A program made the translations under genes and the position numbers. From positions 29,512,001-29,576,000 of the forward strand of contig OY740800.1 of assembly GCA_963514005.1 (NCBI GenBank): a DNA stretch of 64,000 nucleotides, read 5' to 3'. Below, piece by piece: positions 27,601-39,600 of this stretch; within the stretch, counting starts at the first letter, position 1; each line of letters opens with the position of its first letter. The stretch is from Raja brachyura (taxonomy: Eukaryota). Under the pieces are notes generated by a model, which worked only from the letters and a program-made list of their open reading frames with translations, searched no databases and was not told the DNA's origin.

Positions 27601-30600
27601 TGACATCGTCATCCTTTATACAGGATGGGCCAGAGATTACAGAACACAGTGTCAGCGAGGTCGGGGTTCTCTTTATACATAGGGTTACTGGGGTCAGGGT
27701 TCACTGCAGGTGGTCACTCAGGTCAGGGTTTCACTCTTTCCGCAGGGTTCATGGATCTGGGGTCACGACACATAGGGTTGCTGGGATCAGGGATCACTAT
27801 GAACATACCTATGCACACAGGCGGTTCCTTCTACTCTCTGTACACAGGGTACTAACTCACTTGTTTCCCTGCAATCTTCATAGCTGTAACACGTCTGTCA
27901 TAATCCTAAAACACAAACACACAGGACGTCAGAGGTGGGATCTGTGGCAGCGATGAAGTAGGAACCCCATCTAAGGCAAGGTTTGAGTTGACGGGGGGGG
28001 GCCTCTGTTAGGAGTCACTCTCCTCACAGGATATGTGGGGTCAGGGATCACACTGTACACAGTGAGTCATGGTGGCTCTGTACACATGGGGAGTGGTGTC
28101 AGCGGTGACTGCAGACATGTGGGTGGGGTCATATGGGGTCGCTCTGTACACATTGAGTGAGGTCAAGGGTCACTGCAATGAGCGTGAGAGGGGTCAAGGA
28201 TCACTATACAAGGCGAGAAGGGTAAAGGGTCACACTGTGACAAGGGTGAGTGGGGTCAAGGGTTACTCTGCATACAAGGTGAGTGGGGTCAGGGGTCACC
28301 GTGTTCACAGGGTGAGTGGGGTCAGGAGTCACCATGTTTTCAAGGGTGAATGGGGTTGTCATTTCCTCTACCTGAACTACCTCCCATGGTCTCTCTGCCA
28401 GGTGGCTCATTGGCTCACCTCCTAAATTATCCCAACACACAGAAACACAGCGATAAACTCATCCACAATCTGCAGGTCCGCTCCCAATGTAAATCTGAAC
28501 TGCCCACGGTGCCTGGGATGGTTCCATGCACTGGATGTGAGGGGTATAAACATCAACCTGACATCATCATCCTTTATGCAAGGTAAAAAGGTGTAATAGG
28601 TCATTGTACTCGGGGTCAGTGGGATCAAGGGTCAGTCTGTACACAGGGTCGTTGTCAGGGGTCAATCTGTATGCACGTTATGGGGCGGTGGGGTCACCCT
28701 GTTCACAGATTCACTTGGATCAGGGTCAGTTAGTACATGGGGTCAATGGGTGACTTGGTGTTTTTGTGGAGAGGGAGGTGGGTCGTCTGAGACTACAACA
28801 TGGTATGAATCAGGTGGAAGGCTGAATGGATCAGCTGTAGATGGTATTTAGACCTGACAATTGTTAGGCAGTGCACTTTCCAAGGGCAGTCAAGGGTAAG
28901 GTGGACACAGTAAATGGTAGAGCTCTAGAGTGTTGATGGAGAGAGGGACCTTTGGGTAGAGGCCCACTGATCCCTGGAAATGGCAGCATAAGTGGAGAGG
29001 GTGGTGAAGAAGGCATCTGGGATGCTTGTCTGGAAGGGTCACTCTGTACACAAGGCGAGTGGGGTCACTGTGTTCATAGGGTTGACGCTCCCTGTCCCTG
29101 AACTAACTCACTGGTTTCTCTGCCGGCCTGGTTACTGCCTCACGTCTTAAATGATCCTAAAACACAGAAACACAGAGACAAATCCATCAGCAATCTCCAG
29201 CGCTGCTCTCGATGTAAATCCGAATTGACCACAGTGCCTGGGATCGCTCCCTGCACTGGGTCCTGGGGGAACGGACATCAACCTGACATCGTCATCCTTT
29301 ATACAGGATGGGCCAGAGATTACAGAACACAGTGTCAGCGAGGTCGGGGTTCTCTTTATATGTAGGGTTACTGGGGTCAGGGTTCACTGCAGGTGGTCAC
29401 TCAGGTCAGGTTTCACTCTTTCCGCAGGGTTCATGGATCTGGGGTCACGACACATAGGGTTGCTGGGATCAGGGATCACTATGAACATACCGTCAATGGT
29501 CATTCTGTACAGTGTGTCATTGAGTTCAGGGCCATGTTCTGTTTATACATCGGGTATACAGAACTGCACACAGAACATGGAATAGTACAGCACAGATGCA
29601 GCCCTTCGGACCACAATATCTGTGTTGCAAATGATGCAAAGATAAACTAATCTCATCTGCCTGCTCACAATCCACATCACTCTACATGTATGTGCCTATC
29701 TAGAAGCCACTATAGCATTTACCTCAACAACCACCACTCGAAGCATGTTCCAGGCACTGACCACCCTTTGTGTAAAATAACTTGCCACACACATCTTGTT
29801 TAAGCTTTGCCCCCCTCACCTTAAAGCTATGTCCTCTAGTTTTTGACATTTCCACCATGAGGAGAAAAGGTGCTGACTGTCTACCCTATCTATGCCTCTC
29901 ATAATTTTGTTTTCTTCTGTCAGGACTACCCTCAACCTCCATCTTTCCAGAGTAAACAATCCCAAGTTTGTCCAACCTTTCTTTGTGGCTAATACCACCT
30001 GGAGTAAGTAGCACTCTTCTGTACCCTGTCCACAAAGCCTTCACAATAATGGGATGTTTAGAACTGCATGCTATACTCCCCAAATGTGGTCATTAGCTGC
30101 ATTATGACTTCCTGACTCTTCTACTCAACCAGTGAGGGCAAGCAGACCACATGCCTTCTTTATCTGCTGGTTTTGCCACTTCCCGGGAGCTATGGAGATC
30201 TCTGTGCATCAATGTTGTTAAGAGTCTTGCCATTAACTGTATGTTTTTCCATTCAATCCTCCAAAATGCAAAACCTCACACATTTGCTCAGATTAACTCA
30301 ATCTGCCATTTTTTCAGCCATTTCTGTTGTTGATCTTATACCCCACTGAATTATTTGACAGACCTTCGCAGTGTCTGCAATGTGTAAGGCAGTTTTGAAT
30401 CCAAATGACCATGTCACTGAGGGGTCACACAAACACTGTGTGAGTGGGGTCCGGGGTCACACAAACACTGTGTGAGTGGGGTCAGGGATCACCGGGTTCA
30501 CAATGTGAGTGGGGTCAGGGGTCACTGTGTTCACAGGGTGTGTGGGGTCAGGGGTCACCGTGTTCACAGAGCAAGTGGGGTCAGGGGTCAGTGTTCACAA

Positions 30601-33600
30601 TTGAGTGGGGTCAGGGGTCACCAAGTTCATAAGGTGAGTGGGGTCAGGGGTCACCGTGTTCACAGGGTGAGTGGGGTTGTCGTTTCCTCTACCTGAACTA
30701 ACTCACACGTCTCTCTGCCGGGTGGGTCATTGGCTCACGTCCTAAATTTTCCTAAAACACAGAAACACAATGATAAACTCATCGACAATCTGCAGGTCTG
30801 CACCCGATGTAAATCTGAGCTGCCTGGGATGGTTCCCTGGACTGGGTGTGAGGGGTATGAACATCAATCTGACATCATCATCCTTTATACAAGGAAAAAA
30901 AGTGTAATGCATCATTGTACTCGGGGTCGAGGGTCAGTCTGTACACAGGGTCGTGGTCAGGGGTCAATCTGTATACATGTTATTGGGGTACATGGGTCAA
31001 TGGGTGACATGCTGTTTTTGTGGAGAGGGAGGTGGGTTGTCCGAGACTACAACATGGTATGGATCAGGTGGAAGGCTGGATGGAGCAACGGTAGATGGTA
31101 TTTAATCCTGATAATTGTGAGGCGGTGCACTTTCCAAGGGCAGTCAAGGGTAAGGTGTACACAGTAAACGGTAGATGCCTGGAGTGTTGATGTACAGATG
31201 GACCTTTGGGTAGAGGCCTACCTATCCCTGGAACTGGCAGCACAAGTGGAGAGGGTGGTGACGAAGGCATCTGGGATGCTTGTCTTTAATGGTCAGGGCA
31301 GAGAATATAAGAGCAGCGACATGGTGTTAACAGCTTTATAAAACACTGGTTAGGCCTCACCTCAGTATTGCGAGCTGGTCTGGTCACCACACGATAGGAC
31401 AGGACTGATTACACTGGGGCACATGCTTAGACAAGTTGAGAAATTGAATGGTTTGGAGCAGGGGTGGGAAACCTGCGGCCTTTTGAATGAATTCAAATTT
31501 TGTAGAACAAATCTTATTATTATTAATATGCTTTTGTTCATCTTTTATTATTTTTATTTTAATCTTAAAATGAACATTTAAAATACCAAAGAGTAAAAGA
31601 AGAATCAACGAAATAATCCTCCCCGAATGACGGCCACAATTAAAACATTAGTAATAAGGGCTATTTTACAAAATAAAGTACATTTTGAAGTATACCTAAT
31701 TAAAGTTTCTTGAATGCGGCCTTATTAGACCACAGCTAACTTAATTCCACCATGAAAAGGTTCCCCACCCCTGGTTTGGAGCATTTCATAGAACAGCACA
31801 GGACAGGAAGAAGCCCATTGGTCCAGGGTGTCTGTGCAGAACATGATTCCAAGATCTGCCTGCACATAATCCATAATCTTCCATACATTGCCTCTTAAAA
31901 GCCACGATCATATGTGCCTCCACCACCAGGCATGGCAGAGCGTTCCAGGCACCCATTATCCTCTGTATAAAAAACATTCCCTGCACCATCTTTAAACATT
32001 GCCCCCTGCACCTTACAGATATGCTTTCTAGTTGTTGATATTTCTAACCTGGGAGAAAAAAGTTTTGCCTACATTATTTATTCCTCAGTTATAAGGAGAA
32101 ACTGGATAGGCTGAATTTGCTTTCCCTGGAGTTTTGGAGTCTGACGGATGAGCTGATATAAGTATACAAAATTATGAGCGGAGTGGAATAGATAGGATTG
32201 ATAGCAAAAATCATTTTCCCATGGTAGCGGTGTCTGAGATTTGAGGGAATGGGTTTAAAGTGAGAGGATTAGAGAGGACTGAAAGGGAATTCTTTCACAA
32301 AGAATGTGATTAGAATCTGGTATGTGCTGTCCGAGGCAGTGGTCGAAGCAGAGACATCACAGGATTTAAGAAGCATCTATACCGGCTCATGCATCGCACA
32401 GACTGAGGTCCATATGCAGGTAAATGGTATTAGTATAGATGGGTCTAATAATTGGCATGGCCATGGTAGGCCAAAGGGCCTGTTTCTAGTGCTGTACGAC
32501 TGTTCACAGAGTCAGTCAGGACAAGGGTCACTCTGTACATGGGGTCAAGGGTCACTCCGCGCACAAGAGCAGTGGGGTCAGGGGTTACTCTGTACACAGT
32601 TGGTTCCTTCTACTCTCTGTACACAGGGTACTAACTCACTTGTGTCCCTGCAATCTTCATAGCTGTAACACGTCTGTCATAATCCTAAAATACAAGCACA
32701 CAGGACGTCAGAGGTGGGATCTGCAGCGGCGATGAAGCAGGAACCCCATCCAAGGCAAGGTTAGAGGTGACGGTGGAGGGGGGAGGGGGGCTCTGCTAGG
32801 ATCCTTACAGGGTATGTGGGGTCAGGGATCACTCTGTACACAGTGAGACAGGGTGGCTCTGTACACATGGGGAGTGGCGTCAGCGGTGACTGTAGACAAG
32901 TGGGTGGGGTCAGGTGTCACTGCACAAGGGGCATGGGGTCACTCTATACAACTGAGTGAGGTCAAAGGTCACAATGTAAAGAGGGTGAGTGGGGTCAGGG
33001 GTCGCTGTGTTTACAGGGTGAGTGGGGTCAGGGGTCACCGTGTTCACAGGGTGAGTGGGGTCAGGGGTCGCCATGTTCACAGGGTGAGTGGGGTCAGGGG
33101 TCACCGTGTTCACAGGGTGGGTGGGGTTGTCATTCTCGCTACCTGAACTAACTCACATTTCTCTCTGCCGGGTGGGTCATTGGCTCACGTCGTAAATTAT
33201 CCTAAAACACAGAAACACAGCGATAAACTCATCAACAATTTGCAGGTCTACTCCCGATGTAAATCTGAGCTGCCCACGGTGCCTGGGATGGTTCCCTGGA
33301 CTGGGTGTGAGGGGTCTGAACATCAACCTGACAAGGTAAAATGGTGCATCGGGTCATTGTACTCATGGTCAGTGGGGTCAAGGGTCAGTCTGTACACAGG
33401 GTCATTGTCAGGGGTCAATCTGTATACACGTTATGTGGGGGCGGTGGGGTCACTCTGTTCAAATTCAGTTGGATCAGGGTCAGTCAGTATATGGGGTAAA
33501 ATGGGTGATTACTTGGTGTTTTTGTGGAGAGGGAGGTGGGTTGTCTGAGTACAACATGGTATGGATCAGGTGGAAGGCTGAATGGAGCAACTGTGGATGG

Positions 33601-36600
33601 TATTTAGTCCGACAATTGTGGGGCGGTGCACTTTCCAAGGGCAGTCAAGGGTAAGGTGGACACAGTAAATCGGCAGAGCTCTACAGTGTTGATGAACAGA
33701 GGGACCTTTCGGTATAGGCCCACTTATCCCTGGAACTGGCAGCACAAGTGGAGAGGATGGTGAAGAAGGCATCTGGGATGCTTGTCTTCACTGTTCAGGG
33801 CAGAGAATATAAGAGCACAGGCATGGTGTTACAGCTTTATAAAACACTGGTTAGGCCTCACCTCGTGTATTGCGAGCAGGTCTGGTCACATGATAGGACA
33901 GGACTGATTACACTGGGGAACATGCTTAGACAATTTGAGATTTAGAATGGTTTGGAGCATTTCATAGAACAGTACAGAACAGGAACAAGCCCATTGTTCC
34001 AGGATGCCTGTGCAGAACATGATTCCAAGATCTACCTGCACATAATCCATAATCCTCTATTCACTGCTTCTTAAAAGCCACGATCGTATGTGCCTCCACC
34101 ATCAGCCCTGGCAGAGCGTTCCAGGTACCCATGACCTTCTGTGTAAAAAACATTCCTTGCACCTTCTTTAAACATTGTCCCCTGCACCTTACAGGTATGC
34201 TTTCTAGCTGTTGATATTTCTAACCTGGGAGAAAAATTTTTTGCCTGCATTATTTATTCCTCAGTTATAAGGAGAAACTGGATAAGCTGAATTTGCTTTC
34301 CCTGGAGTTTTGGAGTCTGTCGGATGAGCTGATAGAAGTATACAAAATTATGAGCAGAGTGGAATAGATAGGGTTGATAGCAAAAATCCTGGCTATGGTA
34401 GATTTGAGGGAATGGGTTTCAAGTAAGAGGATTGAAAGGGGATGCTTTCACAAAGGGTGTGATCGGAAACTGGAATGTGGTGCCTGAGGCAGTGGTGGAA
34501 GCAGCATTTAAGAAGCATTTAGACAGCCCCTTGCATCGCATAGGCAGAGGAGACTGAGGTCCATATGCAGAGAAACAGGACTAGTATAGTTGGGTCCAAT
34601 AATTGGCATGGCCGTGGTGGGCCAGAGGGTCTGTTTCTCGTGCTGTACGACTGTTCAGATTCAGTTAGGACAAGGGTCCCTCTGTACATGGGGTCAAGGG
34701 TCCCACTGCACACAAGAGCGGTTCGGTCAGGGGTTACTCTGTACGTAGTGGGTTCCTCCTACTCTCTGTACACAGGGAATTAACTCACTTGTTTCCCTGC
34801 GATCTTCATAGCTGTAACACGTCTATCATCGTAATCCTAAAACGCAAACACACAGGACATCAGAGGTGGGGTCTACGGCTGCAATGAAGCAGGAACCCCA
34901 TCCAAGGCAAGGCTAGAGGTGACGGGGGGCCCTCTGTTAGGACTCTCCTTACAGGGTATGTGGGGTCACGGATCACTCTGTACACAATGAGTCAGGGTGG
35001 CTCTGTGTCCATGGGGAGTGGCGTCAGCAATGATTATAGATAAGTGGGTGGGGTCAGGGGTCACCACACGATGCATGGGGTCACTCTACACAATTGAGTG
35101 AGGTCAAGGGTCACACTGTAAGTGGGGTCAAGGGTCACTCTGTTTACAAGGCAAGTGGGGTCAGGGGTCACTGTTCACAGGGTGAGTGGGATCAGGGGTC
35201 ACTGTATACTCAGGAGTGGGGTCAGGGGTCACCGTGTTCACAGGTGGCTGGGGTCAGGGGTCATTGTGTTCACAGGGTGAATGGGATCAGGGGTCACTGT
35301 TCACAGGATGAGTGGGGTCAAGGGTCACTGTGTTCAAAGGGTGAGTGGGGTTGTTTGTCCCCTCTACCTGAACTAACCCACAAGTCTCTCTACCAGGTGG
35401 GTCATTGGCTCATGTCCTAAAGTATCCTAAAACACAGTGGGGTCACACAAACACTGTGTGAGTGGGGTCAGGGGTCGCCACAGCCAGGGTCAGTAGAGAA
35501 AGTGTCTGAAGAAGGGTTTTGGCCCAAAACGTTGCCTATCTCCCTCGGTCCATAGATGCTGCTGCACCCGCTGAGTTTCTCCAGCATTTTTTGTACCCAG
35601 GGTCAGTAGAGTCAGGTGCACAGTGCCAGAGGTCACTACAAAACAGAGGCAGCAGGATCAGGGATCATGTTATACAGTCAGTTGGGTGAAGGGCTATTCT
35701 GCACACTTGGGCTGTGGGCTCAGGGGTCACTTTATACAGCTTCTGCTACTCTCTGTACGCAGGGTACTAACTCACTTGTTTCCCTGCAATCTTCATAGCT
35801 GTAACACGTCTATCATCATAGTCCTAAAACACAAACACACAGGACGTCAGAGGTGGGAGTCGGTCACGGTGATCTGTGGCTGTGATGAAGCAGACCCAAG
35901 GCTGATGTTCACACCGGGAAGCCGGCAAACGGACCACGGAGGCACCGAGCGATCACAGCACCAGCGGGATGGGGGTGAGTGGCGCAAGTGTCACTCAGTA
36001 ATCAGGGTCATTGTGGGGTCAGGGGTGAAAGGGAAGAGGGAGCGGTAAGAAATGTATGCACGAGAAAACCTAGAATGCTACACAAAGGCTGGTGTGGCCA
36101 GTGTTAATTCTGTACACAGGGTCAGTGGGGTCAGGGGTCACTCCTTACACAAGTTCAGTGGGATCAGGGGTCACTCCTTGCACAAGGTCAGTGGGGTCAG
36201 GAGTCAGTCTACACAGTGGGTTACTGCTAGTCTCTGTACGCGGGGTACTAACTCACTTGTTTCTCTGCAAGCTTCATAGCTGTAACACTTCTACCATAAT
36301 CCTAAAACACAAACACACAGGATGTTAGAGGTGGGAGTCGGTCTCGGTGATCTGCGGCTGTGATGAAGCAGACCCAAGGCTGGTGTTCACACCGGGAAAC
36401 TGGCAACCGGACCACGGGGGCACCGAGTGACAGCACCGGCCCTGGGGGACAGGCCCCACCCGATGCCTGGGTTTGGACAGGAATCCCATCTAAGGCAAAG
36501 ATCCTATAGCAGAGCAAGATAGACCACTCCTGCTAAATGCAATGGGCTGACGTGTAGTACGCAATGGAGCGGAACGTGGGCCTTTTTTTCATCCATTTCC

Positions 36601-39600
36601 GTAACCCGACCCGACTCGCAGTGTAATCAACGTTGCGAGGGAACAGTTTGTGTTAATAAATTACAATTCTGAAATTGAGCAGAAGATTTTTACCAAATAA
36701 GTTTTATTTTTACGAGGATGTTTCCGTAACCGGCTTCCGTCTCCGCACTAGTTATCTTTGCTCCGCTATGGGTTCTTTGGTGTGGAGACGGAAGCCGGTT
36801 ACGGAAATGGGGCCTAAAATTACCCATGAATCTGCCCATGACCGTACTACGTCTTTTTCGTCGAGTGATCTATCTTGCTCGCTCTAGGATCTTTGATCCA
36901 AGGCAAGGTTAGAGGTGACTGGGGGCCCTCAGGGAGGTCAGGGGTCACTCTCCTCACAGGGTAAATGGGGTTACTATAGAATGGTGGGGCCGGGGTCACT
37001 GCACAGTGTTGGCAGGGTCAGGGGTCGCACTGTGCACAGGGTGAGCGGCTCAAGTGTCACTCAGTACTCATGGTCAGTGTGGGGGCAGGGGTGATTGGGG
37101 GGAGAGGGAGCAGTAAGAAATGTATGCACGAGAAAACCTAGAATGGTCAGCAGAGGTGCTGGGGGGAGGGTTACCTAAAATCTGAGAATTTAATGTTCAT
37201 GTTGTTGGGTTTTAAGCTACCCAAGCAGAATATGAGTAGTAGTTTCTCCAGTTCACATGTCTCCTCACTCTGGTAATGAAGGAGGCACAGGACAGAAAAG
37301 CCAATATGGAAGTAGGAAGGGGAGTTAACATGGTTGGTAACAGGGAGATCCAGCAGGCCTCAGTGGACCGACTGTAAGCGTTCAACAAAACAGTCTTGCC
37401 AATGTTGAGCAGGCCACATCAATGGCATTAAATGGAGTAGATGGGGTTATAGGAGGTGCAGGTGAATGTCTTTCTCACCTGGGCAGGTCATCCTTTACAT
37501 TGGATCAGTGAGAACAGGGCCCAGTAATGTCTATACACAAGGTCGGGGGTCACTGAACAAAGGGTCAGAGGAATCAGATTGGCACCTCGTGTTCAGGAGC
37601 CACTCTAACAGTAACGTCGAAGGCAACAGGTTCAAACTGTACACAGGGTCAAAGAGTTCAGGGGTCTCTTTGCACAAAGGCTGGTGTGGCCAGTGTTAAT
37701 TCTGTACACAGGGTCAGTGGGGTCAGGGGTCACTCCTTACACAAGGTGAGTGGGGTCAGGAGTCAGTCTACACAGTGGGTTACTGCTAGTCTCTGTACGC
37801 GGGGTACTAACTCACTTGTTTCTCTGCAAGCTTCATAGCTGTAACACTTCTACAATAAGCCTAAAACACAAACACACAGGATGTCAGAGGTGGGAGTCGG
37901 TCTCGGTGATCTGCGGCTGTGATGAAGCAGACCCAAGGCTGGTGTTCACACCGGGAAACCGGCAACCGGACCACGGGGGCACCGAGTGATGACAGCACCG
38001 GCCCTGGGGGAACAGGCCCCACCCGATGCCTGGATTTGGACAGGAACTCCGTCTAAGGCAAAGATCCTATAGCAGAGCAAGCTAGACCACTCCTGCTAAA
38101 TGCAATGGGCTGACGTGTAGTACGCAATGGAGCGGAACGTGGGCCTTTTTTTCACCCATTTCCGTAACCCGACCCGACTCGCAGTGTAATCAACGTTGCG
38201 AGGGAACAGTTTGTGTTAATAAATTACACTTCTGAAAATGAGCAGAAGATTTTTACCAAATAACTTTTATTTTTACGAGGATGTTTCCGTAACCGGCTGC
38301 CGTCTCCGCACTAGTTATCTATGCTCCGCTATGGGATCTTTGGTGTGGAGACGGAAGCCGGTTACGGAAATGGGGCCTAAAATTACCCATGAATCTGCCC
38401 ATGACCGTACTACGTCTTTTTCGTCAAGTGATCTATCTTGCTCACTCTAGGATCTTTGATCCAAGGCAAGGTTAGAGGTGACTGGGGGCCCTTAGGAAGG
38501 TCAGGGGTCACTCTCCTCACAGGGTGAATGGGGTTACTATAGAATGTTGGTGGGGCCGGGGTCACTGCACACAGTGTTGGCAGGATCAGGGGTCGCACTG
38601 TGCACAGGGTGAGTGGCTCAAGTGTCACTCAGTACTCATGGTCAGTGTGGGGGCAGGGGTGATTGGGGGGAGAGGGAGCAGTAAGAAATGTATGCACGAA
38701 AAAACCTAGAATGGTCAGCAGAGGTGCTGGGGGGAGGGTTACCTAAAATCTGAGAATTTAATGTTCATGTTGTTGGGTTTTAAGCTACCCAAGCAGAATA
38801 TGAGTAGAAGTTTCTCCAGTTCACATGTCTCCTCACTCTGGTAATGATTGAGGCACAGGACAGAAAAGCCAATATGGAAGTAGGAAGGGGAGTTAACATG
38901 GTTGGTAACGGGGAGATCCAGCAGGCCTCAGTGGACCGACTGTAAGCGTTCGACAAAATACTCGCCAATGTTGAGCAGGCCACACCGATAGCATTGAATG
39001 GAGTAGATGGGGTTATAGGAGGAGCAGGTGAACGTCTGTCTCACCTGGACAGGTCATCCTTTACATTGGGTCAGTGAGGACTAGGGTCAGTGACAACAGG
39101 GCTCAGTAATGTCTATAAACAAGGTCACTGAACTAAGGGTCAGAGAAATCAGATTGGCACCTAGAGTCACTCTAACAGTAAGGTCAAAGGCAACAGGGTC
39201 AAAGTGTACACCGGGTCAAAATGTTCAGGGGTCCCTTTGCACAAAGGCTGGTGTGGCCAGTGTTCATTCTGTACACAGGGTCAGTGGGGTCATGGGTCAC
39301 TCCTTACACAAGGTCAGTGGGGTCAGGAGTCAGTCTACACAGTGGGTTCCTGCTAGTCTCTGTACGCGGGTACTAACTCACTTGTTTCTCTGCAAGCTTC
39401 ATAGCTGTAACACTTCTACCATAATCCTAAAACACAAACACACAGGATGTCAGAGGTGGGAGTCGGTCTCGGTGATCTGTGGTTGTAATGAAGTAGACCC
39501 AAGGCTGGTGTTCACACCGGGAAACCGGCAACCGGACCACGGGGGCACCGAGTGGCGACAGCACCGGCCCTGGGGGACAGGCCCCACCCGATGCCTGGAT

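Larger units (their letters stand above)
24920..29490. repeat. Near-identical tandem duplication, 1683-bp period, about 2.7 units
   Basis: Microexons recur at 25746/27429/29112, 26178/27861 and 25020/26703/28386; duplicated ORFs in the track. Confidence 0.95.
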
